Shown here: piece by piece, positions 49,998-59,653 of the stretch | Layout of the letters: the number at the start of each line of letters is the position of its first letter | Numbering within the stretch: the stretch's first letter is position 1 | Assembly (NCBI GenBank): GCA_964490105.1 | Contig: CAZAZU010000001.1 | Location: forward strand, 306,361-370,360 | Length of the DNA: 64,000 nt | DNA from: an uncultured Gammaproteobacteria bacterium | GTDB lineage: Bacteria > Patescibacteriota > Microgenomatia > Levybacterales > UBA12049 | Direction: 5' to 3' | Made by a program: the position numbers and the translations under genes | The notes under the pieces: model-generated | The model's database searches: none | What the model was told of the DNA's origin: nothing | What the model saw: only the letters and a program-made list of their open reading frames with translations

Positions 49998-51158
49998 CTA
50001 TTTATCTTTATGCTTTAGGAGGTGCGGAAGATCAGTTCTATAATTCATGACATATGAGGGATAGTTATTCCATGGCGTAGATTCTCTCTCAATTTGCCTG
50101 ATATGAAAATGGCTCTCCTTTTCTTTATCTTTTTTATTTAGAATTTTTTCATAAAGCTCTTCATATCTGTCCACCATAGTTTCCACGCTAAAATTTTCTA
50201 GTGCAAAACTGCGTGTATATTTCCTGTCAATTTTTCCAATTTTTTTAATTGCATTTTTCATTTCATTTTTTGTGCGCGCCATATATCCTGTCTTTCCATT
50301 TTGAATTACCTCAGGAACAGAACCTTTATTAAACGAGACAACTGGGCAACCTGTAGCCATCGCTTCAATCATGGTTAACCCGAATGGTTCTCTCCAAGTA
50401 ATCGGGTTAATTAAACAAAGTGCCTGACTCATCAACTTATTTCGTTCAGATGTCGTTACCTCACCTATCCATTTAATCTTAGAATTAAGATTTTTCTTTA
50501 TAAATTTATCGAAATAATCCTGATCAGAGACATCTAGTTTTGCTGCAATAATTAATGGCATGTTTAATTCACGAGCTATTTCAATCGCAATATGTGTTCC
50601 CTTAATTTTTGTTATTCTCCCAACATATAAAAGATATCCTCTCGGTTCTGCCCCGAATGGATATCCCTTGAAATTTATTCCATGCGGAATGCACGTAACT
50701 TTTTTGAGATTTACATCTTTTACTTGATCCTTTGAAATTGAAACATAATATGGATTTTTATGCTGCTCCAATAGTTTTTTTGTTCCGGGTCTTATTCGCC
50801 CATGAAGAGTAAGCACTGTCGGAGTCTTTGAATTATTTGCGCTTTGGACTCCAAAGGTACTGTTATGTTCATGAATAATGTCAAATTTATCATTATGTTT
50901 GTATGCGCTCTCTATATGAAACATGCTCCAATCTAGTGCTTCTGTTTTTGCAAGATTTGATTGCCTGATTGATTTTGGGTAGACAGAACTAAGCTTTGCG
51001 GATGTTCTAGAGTCCCCTGTTGCAAAAAGAGTTACATCATGACCTCGTTTTACTAACTCCTCTGTTATTTCGCTGACAACTCTTTCTGTTCCGCCATATT
51101 TTCTAGGAGGAACTCTTTCTATAATAGGAGCGATTTGGGCGATTTTTAGTTTTCTCAT
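49998..51158 (-). CDS. Glycosyltransferase family 4
   Basis: MRKLKIAQIAPIIERVPPRKYGGTERVV is a GT4 N-terminus. There is a C-terminal E-x7-E-like region. Confidence 0.65.
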   Translation of the reverse strand: MRKLKIAQIAPIIERVPPRKYGGTERVVSEITEELVKRGHDVTLFATGDSRTSAKLSSVYPKSIRQSNLAKTEALDWSMFHIESAYKHNDKFDIIHEHNSTFGVQSANNSKTPTVLTLHGRIRPGTKKLLEQHKNPYYVSISKDQVKDVNLKKVTCIPHGINFKGYPFGAEPRGYLLYVGRITKIKGTHIAIEIARELNMPLIIAAKLDVSDQDYFDKFIKKNLNSKIKWIGEVTTSERNKLMSQALCLINPITWREPFGLTMIEAMATGCPVVSFNKGSVPEVIQNGKTGYMARTKNEMKNAIKKIGKIDRKYTRSFALENFSVETMVDRYEELYEKILNKKDKEKESHFHIRQIERESTPWNNYPSYVMNYRTDLPHLLKHKDK

Positions 51159-51243
51159 ATTGCAATCTTTCTGCTAACAATATAATTGCAAGGGATAATA
51201 GAAGTATTAGATAAGTGTTAGAAATGGATAAGTAAAAAGGTGA

Positions 51244-52554
51244 CTAGTCGTGCTTTACGAAGTCAAGAAGAGCTGCGGCACTCCATGCTTGAACTCTGCA
51301 GCTTTCCTGTCCTCTAAAATTTTTGTATAAGAAATATTGACCTTCTAAGTCCTTCATATATAATTCAATTGGTGTACCAAAATAGGCTATCGGCTTTAAG
51401 GAAGCAATTCTTAATCTTTCTGCTTCATTCACAAAATCCCATTTTTCTAACCCCTCATAAACCATTCCATTTAATTTCGGCCAGAATGACCCGTTATGAT
51501 AAGAATTATTATTTGGATTAAAAGTTGGAGAAAGAGCACTCATGGTTCTAATTCCTGCGTCCGGATCAAACATATCAGAAAGAAATGATCTTTTTACGAT
51601 ATCAAATATATACTTATCTTCCAGAATTGTTTCCCTACTTTCACCCTCTGAATATGTTGCCCAAAGAATTAAAAGTGCATTTCCTGTAATGGTCTTAATT
51701 TGATTTTTATGACCGTCAAGCGCTTGAGACAAAAAATAATGATCAGAATCTTTAAAAATAAATTTCTCGTTAAATGCTTTTTTAAGATTTTTGGCAAAGT
51801 CTAAAAGCTCAGTGCCAAATCTACTGTTTTCTCCTTCCATTGGATTATCTTTAAAAAATTCTCCCCACTGCTTCAGAGCAAGCCATGCATAACCCTGAAC
51901 CTCAACTGGAGCGATCGGGTACAAAGGAAATTTTCCTAAAGTGTCTTCAAGGGACTCTGCTGAATCTGTCCATGATTGAACACGAAGTCCTCCGTGAACT
52001 CTATCAACAGACAATTCGTATTCAAGTAAAAAGTCTTTATCCATATCGCCATAATTTTTTATCCACACAAGTCCTTTTTCTACAAAAGGCAAAACAGTTA
52101 ATAGAAATTCGCGGTCTCCGGTTAATTTCCAATAATTATAAATTGCGATAAGAGTAAGAGGTGTCGAATCGATCGAATCATAGTTTCTTAAAATTTTATC
52201 AGGATAAACATACCAAGGTTTTGGGCGGTTTACTAATCTGTCGTATTTTTCTTTTCTAAATTCGTGAATGAATTTTCCTGGCTCCTCACCACTTTCTTTA
52301 TTAATACTTGTCCCCTGAAGAGCAGTAAGTTTTATTAAAGAGTTTCTAACAATTTCCCGAAGCTTTATCACATCAATCTCGCTATCCCCTTTATATGTGT
52401 CTAAAACTCTTAAAATCTTTAGGCAAGTAACAGCTGAATCTCTTCCAAAGATACATCCAAAGCATCCCTCTTTACTTGATGCGTAAATTCCTTCCTCTGA
52501 GGCTAGTTCTAATAGTGATTGGTATGCTATGTCTTTTAGTTTTGGCAGTGTCAT
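51244..52554 (-). CDS. GH63/GDE_C-like six-hairpin glycoside hydrolase (glucosyl- or mannosyl-glycerate hydrolase-like, or amylo-1,6-glucosidase family)
   Basis: 436 aa. The W- and G-rich motifs (GYAWLAL, NGSFWP, LNGMVYEGL) are reminiscent of the GH63/MGH family. The assignment is tentative. Confidence 0.4.
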   Translation of the reverse strand: MTLPKLKDIAYQSLLELASEEGIYASSKEGCFGCIFGRDSAVTCLKILRVLDTYKGDSEIDVIKLREIVRNSLIKLTALQGTSINKESGEEPGKFIHEFRKEKYDRLVNRPKPWYVYPDKILRNYDSIDSTPLTLIAIYNYWKLTGDREFLLTVLPFVEKGLVWIKNYGDMDKDFLLEYELSVDRVHGGLRVQSWTDSAESLEDTLGKFPLYPIAPVEVQGYAWLALKQWGEFFKDNPMEGENSRFGTELLDFAKNLKKAFNEKFIFKDSDHYFLSQALDGHKNQIKTITGNALLILWATYSEGESRETILEDKYIFDIVKRSFLSDMFDPDAGIRTMSALSPTFNPNNNSYHNGSFWPKLNGMVYEGLEKWDFVNEAERLRIASLKPIAYFGTPIELYMKDLEGQYFLYKNFRGQESCRVQAWSAAALLDFVKHD

Positions 52555-52719
52555 AAATTTCCTTTTTCCGATGAAGTTTTTAATTTTTGCGGATTTCTAT
52601 CAGTATACTTACACGATTTTTACATTTCAAGCAATTCAGCCCAGAATTCGTGTTTTCTTACATTTCTTATAGAAAATTAGCCTCGATTTTTCAAATTTTA
52701 ATAAATTTTAAAAAGGCCT

Positions 52720-53709
52720 CTAGTGGTTGGTCTTGCAATTTTTTAATACTTCTCGCATCTCCTGAGTAGTAACACATTCCATAATTTTTTCTCGGGTTGT
52801 AGCAGCATCAGAAAAATTATTTAAATATGTTTTACAAAACTTTTTCAAAAATGCTGGATTCTTCTCCGACCACGTAGCATCAAATAAATCTATGTGTCTT
52901 AAAAACAAATCAAGCCTTTCCTTTGTAGTTATTTTTTCAATATTTATTTTTCTATTAAACACCCAAGGATTCTGGAATATTCCCCGCCCTATCATGAATC
53001 CGTCACATTTATATATTTCGAACTTTTCATCAATCTCTTCATAAGTTTTTAAATCTCCATTTCCAATAATTAAAGTGTTTGGCGCTATTTCATCCCGAAG
53101 CTTGATAATTTCAGTCATCAAATCCCAATGAGCTGGAACTTTTGATAACTCTGCAACAGTTCTTAAATGAACGGTTAAAACGTTAATATTTTGGGTTAAG
53201 ACAAACTTAATCCAGCTTAAATCAAATTCATTAAAACCAATTCTAGTTTTTACACTTACTGGCAAATCTCCTGCGCCTTTTTTCGTAGCTTCTATTATTT
53301 CTCCAGCGAGCTTCGGATTTTTGATAAGAGCAGCGCAGCTTCCTCTATTTACAATTACCCTGTCAGGACAACCCATATTTATATCAATTCCAGAAAAACC
53401 TTTTTCCTGACACAACTTAGCAGATTTAGTGAACGCGCCGATATCCTTTCCCCAAAGCTGAGCGACGATTGGTGCTTCATGCGGATCAAATCTTAGAGAT
53501 TCTTCAACTTTTTCTGCGCCTTTTGAATTCAATCCTTCTACATTTGTAAATTCTGTAAAAAAGACATCCGGCCTGCCGATTTCATTTATGATTTCGCGAA
53601 AAACGTAGTCAGTTACTCCCTCCATAGGAGCTAAAACTGTAAAAGGACGCTTTAAATCTTTCCAAAAATTAGACATGAGGCTAATTATACCTAAAAACTT
53701 GACAAACAC
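52720..53709 (-). CDS. tRNA-dihydrouridine synthase
   Basis: FTVLAPMEGVTDYVFREI, DINMGCP and catalytic-loop motifs of the Dus family. Confidence 0.75.
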   Translation of the reverse strand: MFVKFLGIISLMSNFWKDLKRPFTVLAPMEGVTDYVFREIINEIGRPDVFFTEFTNVEGLNSKGAEKVEESLRFDPHEAPIVAQLWGKDIGAFTKSAKLCQEKGFSGIDINMGCPDRVIVNRGSCAALIKNPKLAGEIIEATKKGAGDLPVSVKTRIGFNEFDLSWIKFVLTQNINVLTVHLRTVAELSKVPAHWDLMTEIIKLRDEIAPNTLIIGNGDLKTYEEIDEKFEIYKCDGFMIGRGIFQNPWVFNRKINIEKITTKERLDLFLRHIDLFDATWSEKNPAFLKKFCKTYLNNFSDAATTREKIMECVTTQEMREVLKNCKTNH

Positions 53710-53867
53710 CTAAAAAGGGGTTTATTCTAATATTGTCTGTGTTAATGCATGAATATGGACTTGCCGAAGAGAAAACTAGTGCTCGGAGGGACAAGAAGCG
53801 GAGTATTTTGCTACAAAATAGCAGAATAGCCAAAAAGTAAGAAGACCTACTCACAAAGCGGGTCTTT

Positions 53868-54647
53868 TTACTTTTTACCCCCAATTTCCTGAGAAGATCT
53901 TTTTCTGAATCGCTTTAAGACTCCTAATTTAACCAGCGCATTAGTTTCATATTGCTGAACAGCCTGACGAGATATACCTCCCAAAGCTTGAGCTACTTGC
54001 TCAAGAGTTAATGCTGGTCCTCCGTCTGTTCTAAATCTGAGTTCAATTACCTGCCTTTGTCGTGGACTTAAAGTATTAAATTCCGGCCTTCTCAACAATC
54101 TACGAGCAAACCGAGCCTCTTTTTCTCTTTCTATTCTTATCTGCTCATTAACTTGATCTACTCTATCTGCTCTCCTTTTCTCACCAGCTACTCTACTCGC
54201 TGCCCAGGCTTTCTCTAAAACACCAATCTGTCTTGTTTTAAACTGCGTATCCGTCTCATATCTTTGTCTCAATGAATCAGCTTGCTTTCTTCTTGCTTCT
54301 GGAGTATGAACCCTGGCATTCTTCTCCGCAACTCTAACAGGATCTGTATAAAAATCTTTGATTCCTGCAATTCTTCGATCTGTATAAACTGGGTCACTTG
54401 AACTTCTCATTACAATTCCTTGTCTTATCATTACTTGTCTAGCATGATCCCTAGAAAAACCTACCGCTCTTCCTACACCTTTCGAAGACATGCCTAAATC
54501 TTCGTAAAGAACTTTCATATTTGCATTTCTAAAATTTACGATCGGAGGAGTTTCTGAGGCTATTTCTACTCGCGATCTTACATCAGAATATCTAATTGCT
54601 TCTGCGGGAATTTCTGCTCTGGGGATACTTACTAGTCTTCTTTCCAT
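53868..54647 (-). CDS. Sigma-70 region 4 (HTH) domain-containing protein lacking sigma region 2. Higher GC than its surroundings.
   Basis: C-terminus LSPRQRQVIELRFRTDGGPALTLEQVAQALGGISRQAVQQYETNALVKL closely matches sigma region 4.2 (LTPRExxVLxLRFG...TLEEVG...TRERIRQIEAKALRKL). The N-terminal 150 aa are unassignable. Confidence 0.5.
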   Translation of the reverse strand: MERRLVSIPRAEIPAEAIRYSDVRSRVEIASETPPIVNFRNANMKVLYEDLGMSSKGVGRAVGFSRDHARQVMIRQGIVMRSSSDPVYTDRRIAGIKDFYTDPVRVAEKNARVHTPEARRKQADSLRQRYETDTQFKTRQIGVLEKAWAASRVAGEKRRADRVDQVNEQIRIEREKEARFARRLLRRPEFNTLSPRQRQVIELRFRTDGGPALTLEQVAQALGGISRQAVQQYETNALVKLGVLKRFRKRSSQEIGGKK

Positions 54648-54695
54648 CGCGAAATTATATCAAAGAGGCATTAAACTTTCAACTATAGGACTATA

Positions 54696-56042
54696 TTAAA
54701 GCGTGAATTCTTCGTTGTGGGTTGGAAGACTAATATCTGAAAGATTCAAATCACTTTTAAGCTTTTCCCTAAATGCTTTTCTGGAATCCTCATCCCCATG
54801 CACTAAGAAAACCTTCTTAACTCCTTTAATGTGTCCTACCCATTTCATAAGCTTTTCTTGATCGGCATGCGAGCTTAAAGATTCAATCTGACTCACCCTA
54901 GCATTTACACTTATGTTCTTTTTTTCAATCGTTATATTTCTAGCTCCTTCTAAAATCTTTCGGCCGAGTGTTTCATCTGCCTGGTAACCCACAAATAAAA
55001 TAGTGGTACTTGGTCTATTTAAATAGTTTTGTGCGTGATGTAATATGCGTCCTCCAGTCATCATTCCAGACCCCGCAATTATAACTTTTGGATCCATAGC
55101 TTCAATTATCCGCCTGCTCTCTTTCTGATCCTCAGTCACTACTAATCCTTCAAAATTAAACGGACCTGTTTTATGCGCTTTTAACTCATCATTAAAAAAT
55201 TCTCTGAAATCTCTAAAAATAGTAGTGACCCGAATTCCCATAGGCGCATCTAAAAATACCGGAATGCTTTGTGAAATTTTCCCGTCTTTTTTTAAATGCT
55301 TTATCTTATGGAGTAAATCCTGAGTTCTTTCGATTGAAAATGCAGGAATGAGTAAAACTCCACCGCTTTTGTCAGTATTATTAATTTCTTCTTCAATTAT
55401 TTTTAATGAGTCTTCTTTTTTATGAAGCCTATCTCCATAAGTAGTTTCCATTACTACAAAATCAGCTTCATCTATTAACTCAGTTGGCGGAACTAAATCC
55501 TCAGGACTATTTCCTAAGTCTCCGCTAAATATAATCTTTTTTGAATTTCCATCTTCATTTATTACGACTTCTATAGTTGAGGAACCTAAAATATGCCCGG
55601 CATCCTTAAAATTAAAGGTAAAACTTCCAATCTTAAGCGGCCTATTATAGTCAATAATTTCTACCATATTTAGGATTTTTTCTACCTCTTCACCGCTATA
55701 AAGAGGGAATCTGTCCTTCTTTTCCATGGAAATCTTGGCAGAATCATTTAGAATAATTTCAATCAGTGAAAGCGTGGGGGCAGTCATATATATTTTTCCT
55801 TTAAATCCTCCGTATGCTAAGAGGGGCAATCTTCCACAGTGGTCCAAATGAGCATGAGTTAAAAGAATGGCGCTTAAATCTGAGGCTTTAAAATCCAGTT
55901 TTTCATAATTTAAATCTTCTAAGAGTTTTCCGCCCTGAAACATTCCAAAGTCCACCATTATTTGTTCATTTGCATCAGTTGTCAGAAGAAAAGAAGAACC
56001 GGTCACTTGACCGGCCGAACCCATGAATTTAATTTTTGCCAT
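54696..56042 (-). CDS. MBL-fold metallo-hydrolase, beta-CASP family (putative RNA-processing nuclease)
   Basis: HAHLDHCG metal-binding motif and beta-CASP spacing. 448 aa. Confidence 0.65.
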   Translation of the reverse strand: MAKIKFMGSAGQVTGSSFLLTTDANEQIMVDFGMFQGGKLLEDLNYEKLDFKASDLSAILLTHAHLDHCGRLPLLAYGGFKGKIYMTAPTLSLIEIILNDSAKISMEKKDRFPLYSGEEVEKILNMVEIIDYNRPLKIGSFTFNFKDAGHILGSSTIEVVINEDGNSKKIIFSGDLGNSPEDLVPPTELIDEADFVVMETTYGDRLHKKEDSLKIIEEEINNTDKSGGVLLIPAFSIERTQDLLHKIKHLKKDGKISQSIPVFLDAPMGIRVTTIFRDFREFFNDELKAHKTGPFNFEGLVVTEDQKESRRIIEAMDPKVIIAGSGMMTGGRILHHAQNYLNRPSTTILFVGYQADETLGRKILEGARNITIEKKNISVNARVSQIESLSSHADQEKLMKWVGHIKGVKKVFLVHGDEDSRKAFREKLKSDLNLSDISLPTHNEEFTL

Positions 56043-56086
56043 CTTTAAAATTATATGTGGAAGGAGGAACTTTTACCAGAAGCTAA

Positions 56087-57211
56087 TTAACTTTTAAGTC
56101 TTGAGACGACTTCTTTCATGAGTTTTTCCAAACCAATATTATTTTTTACCGAAATAAAAATAGGTGTATACTGCCTATAATCTTCCTCTAACCTAGATAA
56201 GTCTTCTTTTGAAATTTTATCTATTTTATTAAAGACATATATTACCTTAGACTCGTCGATTTTAAGATCATTTAAAATTTCTTCAACTACTTTTAATTTT
56301 TCAAAGCTTTCATGATCTGATGCATCAATCAAATGCAAAATTACATCCGCATGAATGGACTCTAGAAGTGTCGATTTAAAAGCCTGAATAAGACGAGGCG
56401 GTAAATTTCTTATAAAACCAATCGTATCCGTAAATAATACTTTTCGAGAAAGCTCCTTAACATAAACTTCTCCAACCACACTATCAAGGGTCGCAAACAG
56501 AGCGTTTTCTACCAAAACATCTCTTCCTGTGAGCTTATTAAATAAATTACTTTTGCCGGCATTCGTATAACCCACAATTGAAACTGTTTTATAGCCTTCT
56601 TTTTTTCTTCTCTCAATTCTCTTTTCTCGTTCATCGGTTAATTTATCCAGCTGATCATTAACTTTTTTTATCTCATTTCTCCAGTGCCTTTTCATGAGCT
56701 CTGTATTAGTTTCCCCAACTCCAGATGTCCCAATTCCTCCGCCCTGGCGAGACATCACAAATCCCATTCCATAAATTCGAGGACCCATATATCGCATACG
56801 AGCCAGTTCAATCTGAAGCTTCGCTTCTTTGGTTACAGCATGTTTATCAAAAATGTGAAGTATGAGATCCACTCGATCAAATACCTCAATGTTAGGATTT
56901 ACTTTCTGAAGTGCAGATTTAAGGTTAAAAACTTGCTTGGGTTTAGCAGTTTTATTTAAAACGACTACGTCAATATTTTTCTCTTTTACAATTTCAGCGA
57001 TCTCCTGTACTTTACCTTTCCCGACAAATGTAGCCATGTCTGGATTATTTAACTTCTGAATTACCCGATCGATTATTTTTCCACCTAATGTGTCGATCAA
57101 TGATTCGAGCTCTTCACCAGAATCGATTGATCTTTCTTTATTTGCTCTAGGATTTATGACGTGAATAGGTAAAAATCTAAGAAGCAGATTATTTTCTTTC
57201 ATGCCCCTCAT
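56087..57211 (-). CDS. hflX: GTPase HflX
   Basis: G1 GYTNAGKS, G3 DTIGF and G4 NKID, plus the HflX N-domain. Confidence 0.8.
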   Translation of the reverse strand: MRGMKENNLLLRFLPIHVINPRANKERSIDSGEELESLIDTLGGKIIDRVIQKLNNPDMATFVGKGKVQEIAEIVKEKNIDVVVLNKTAKPKQVFNLKSALQKVNPNIEVFDRVDLILHIFDKHAVTKEAKLQIELARMRYMGPRIYGMGFVMSRQGGGIGTSGVGETNTELMKRHWRNEIKKVNDQLDKLTDEREKRIERRKKEGYKTVSIVGYTNAGKSNLFNKLTGRDVLVENALFATLDSVVGEVYVKELSRKVLFTDTIGFIRNLPPRLIQAFKSTLLESIHADVILHLIDASDHESFEKLKVVEEILNDLKIDESKVIYVFNKIDKISKEDLSRLEEDYRQYTPIFISVKNNIGLEKLMKEVVSRLKS

Positions 57212-57243
57212 TATAACAGCATGCGTATGTCAGAAGTTAGTTT

Positions 57244-57282
57244 CTAATTCTTCTGCCTAAGAAATGCTGGTATGTCCCAAAC
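57244..57282 (-). repeat. att-like direct repeat: displaced 3-prime fragment of ftsZ (12 codons plus stop), 40 bp upstream of hflX
   Basis: The minus strand reads gtt tgg gac ata cca gca ttt ctt agg cag aag aat tag, which is [12 protein letters not shown]. The identical 14-bp core is agaaatgctggtat. Confidence 0.65.
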
Positions 57283-57360
57283 AGCTTTAATTTTTAGCTT
57301 CATTTCTTACTAAAAACACCTAAGAAGAATGTATAACTTTTATGAAATGGAGTCAAGCGA

Positions 57361-57858
57361 TTACTTTACAGTTCTAGTTTCAGAATTCGGTAGGGTAATT
57401 GACCAATATATAACTTGTGACCAAGAGTTAAGATTTTTACTTTTTAAATTTAAATACCAGGTTCCTGCTTTAACATGATTAAATCTAGAAACGGTTTTAT
57501 ATGTGTCTACTAATGGTCCTGGATTGGAGCCTGGATATTTAGAGATTGAAACGCTATATCCAAGGCTATCCTGTATGTTTTCCCAGTCAAATTTAATACT
57601 GTATTCATTTTTCTGACTATTATAATCATTAGTAATTGTAGCACTAACTGGTATTGGCGATGGGGTAGGAGTCGCTATATAACGCATTACTGGAAGTTGA
57701 ACAGGAGCACTCCCGCCATTGTGATAATGATATGTACCAGCACATGCACCTACATTACAATTATGTCCTCCCGATGAATCTGTTCTACCAGAATGTGCGT
57801 AAACACCAGAAACAGATACGAGCAAGAGAATATATACCATCACTAATGTTTTTTTCAT
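57361..57858 (-). CDS. Secreted YHYH-motif protein (putative metal-binding; compare Pfam YHYH protein family)
   Basis: Signal peptide, then AHSGRTDSSGGHNCNVGACAGTYHYHNGG. Confidence 0.45.
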   Translation of the reverse strand: MKKTLVMVYILLLVSVSGVYAHSGRTDSSGGHNCNVGACAGTYHYHNGGSAPVQLPVMRYIATPTPSPIPVSATITNDYNSQKNEYSIKFDWENIQDSLGYSVSISKYPGSNPGPLVDTYKTVSRFNHVKAGTWYLNLKSKNLNSWSQVIYWSITLPNSETRTVK

Positions 57859-58022
57859 TAACCTTGCTTATACTTCATTTAGGTTGAGAAATCAACCTTT
57901 ATTAAAGGTGCTGTTATTATTTAGTGGGAGAAATACCCATAGGGATTTATTGATAGCTTCATTATTTACCAAAAACTCCGGTAAATTTATAAGATTATTA
58001 ATGACAGAGGATCATGGGGCTA

Positions 58023-58337
58023 TTAGTAAGGTTCCGACACACTCTCTATCTCTTCAAGACTTTCAAGAGCATATCCCATATCATCGTAAGGTTCCCAGGC
58101 GTATGATTTTGCAGAATTTATCGTATAATTAGCTTCTTCAATATTGCTATTTGCCTCTTCTAAGGCATTTTGAAGTTCTTCTGTTCTTCCAGTCTCCTCA
58201 TCGTAGGCATTAAACCACTCTTCTGAAGTTCGACCTTCATATTTTCCAGATCCCTCGAAAATAAAATAAACAATTAATGCTCCGATTACAATGCCACTTA
58301 CTGTACCGATCCAGCCGCCTTTATTTTCTTCTTCCAT
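58023..58337 (-). CDS. Small single-TM acidic protein
   Basis: 104 aa with one TM helix (WIGTVSGIVIGALIVYFIF) and an acidic C-terminus. Confidence 0.3.
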   Translation of the reverse strand: MEEENKGGWIGTVSGIVIGALIVYFIFEGSGKYEGRTSEEWFNAYDEETGRTEELQNALEEANSNIEEANYTINSAKSYAWEPYDDMGYALESLEEIESVSEPY

Positions 58338-58394
58338 ATTTTGCTTATACTCCTAAATTAGGAAAAAAGCAATTTAAATTGTATTTCATGAAAT

Positions 58395-59090
58395 TTGGAG
58401 AGAACCTGCTATCATATTACTGTGGAAAGTCCTTATAGTGTATATAAATGGTTTACTCCACGCTTTGCATTAAACTACTTTGCACGTTTAGCTGTCGAAA
58501 AAGGTGAGCAAGCATATAAGGACAATAAATATAAAAAGGCAAGAGAAGCATGGATCTTGGGATTAGCATTACTGGGAATAAACAAACTTACAAATTTACA
58601 ATGGTGGCTTCAAGTTCCCAAAGACGACCCACCGGATATGCGAGCAATGACACTTGTATCAAATGAGCAAAAGAACCAAAATGAGATGAATCATCGTGAA
58701 ATAGAAATTACTCAGATTACAAAATATTCAAAAGCAGAGATAGAAGATGAGATATTAAAGAAATTAAAAAATAAATATTACACTAAAGAAACTTGTCTAT
58801 TAGTTTACATAAACAGAAATCAGTATATTAGTGATATGAGAAAAATTGCAAAAAAACTAGAGGGAAAAATAAATATTTCTGACATCTGGATTGTTGCATC
58901 TACATCAGTGGATTCGTCTAAGCATATCCTTTTTTGTCTACATCCACATATTCAAGTTCAAAATTTTGACTTATTCGAAGAAGCAAATAAAATCCCTCCC
59001 GGAGATTTAATTGAATTAAAACCTCTTTCTAAAGGAGTTAAAATGACTTTAGTTAAAAAAGTTCCTATATCTAAATTTATTCCTGAATAA
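58395..59090 (+). CDS. Hypothetical protein (element cargo)
   Basis: 231 aa ORF with no recognised family. Confidence 0.3.
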   Translation: MERTCYHITVESPYSVYKWFTPRFALNYFARLAVEKGEQAYKDNKYKKAREAWILGLALLGINKLTNLQWWLQVPKDDPPDMRAMTLVSNEQKNQNEMNHREIEITQITKYSKAEIEDEILKKLKNKYYTKETCLLVYINRNQYISDMRKIAKKLEGKINISDIWIVASTSVDSSKHILFCLHPHIQVQNFDLFEEANKIPPGDLIELKPLSKGVKMTLVKKVPISKFIPE

Positions 59091-59136
59091 CAGAATAAAA
59101 GTAACTTAAAAATATCCGCGTCGCATTTCAGTAATT

Positions 59137-59200
59137 GTACGACATAACTTTGAGGCTAGTTCACATTCTGTATTAGGTCATTGAGGCTAAGTACATAACT
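59137..59200. repeat. Pair of short direct repeats in swapped order (gtacGAcataact + ttgaggcta ... ttgaggcta + gtacataact) in the intergenic region between convergent cargo genes
   Basis: ttgaggcta is at 59150-59158 and 59181-59189. gtac(ga)cataact is at 59137-59149 and 59191-59200. Confidence 0.3.
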
Positions 59201-59206
59201 ATAAGA

Positions 59207-59653
59207 TTAATTACAGGGGAAGTTTTTGCTTTCTTTTTCTCCTTCCCACATCTGACATTTTATCTTTCCCGTACACTTATCAACCATATAAAAATTGCTT
59301 GCTGAATTAATGATTCCATTATTATTTGCTAATTTAATTGTCCAAACTTTACTTTTTTCAGGATCTTCATTCCATTCCATACCAACTAAATTAGGATTGC
59401 CCTCCTCTACTTTTCGCATCTCAATGAAGTATTCCTTAACTTCATCCAATTCATTAACAATATCAAGTGCTTGATTAAATGATATATTCTTACAAAAAGG
59501 TGTAGGGGTAACCATATTTTGCTTAACTTCCAAGAAAGGCATAGCAACTTTCCTTTTGCCAGCTTCAAATGAAATGAATATTAGAAAAACTGCTAAGAAC
59601 ATGAGCAACGATCCACCAATTAAATTTTTCATTTTTCTTATAGCACTAAACAA
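59207..59653 (-). CDS. Hypothetical membrane-anchored or secreted protein (element cargo)
   Basis: N-terminal hydrophobic helix LLMFLAVFLIFISF. 148 aa. Confidence 0.3.
   Translation of the reverse strand: MFSAIRKMKNLIGGSLLMFLAVFLIFISFEAGKRKVAMPFLEVKQNMVTPTPFCKNISFNQALDIVNELDEVKEYFIEMRKVEEGNPNLVGMEWNEDPEKSKVWTIKLANNNGIINSASNFYMVDKCTGKIKCQMWEGEKESKNFPCN

Noticed and set aside
52555-52719. The 165-bp intergenic stretch, with duplicated gaattc-agccca-gaattc and ttacattt motifs, as a possible small RNA.
   Set aside because: It has no convincing promoter and terminator pair or stable extended stem. It is more simply the promoter region of the GH63-like gene, with an SD-like AAAGGAA before its ATG.
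53697-53730. ttgaca plus a weak -10 on the plus strand between dus and the sigma-4 gene.
   Set aside because: It points antisense into minus-strand genes with no plus-strand gene downstream. The -10 is poor, so this is probably a chance match in AT-rich DNA.
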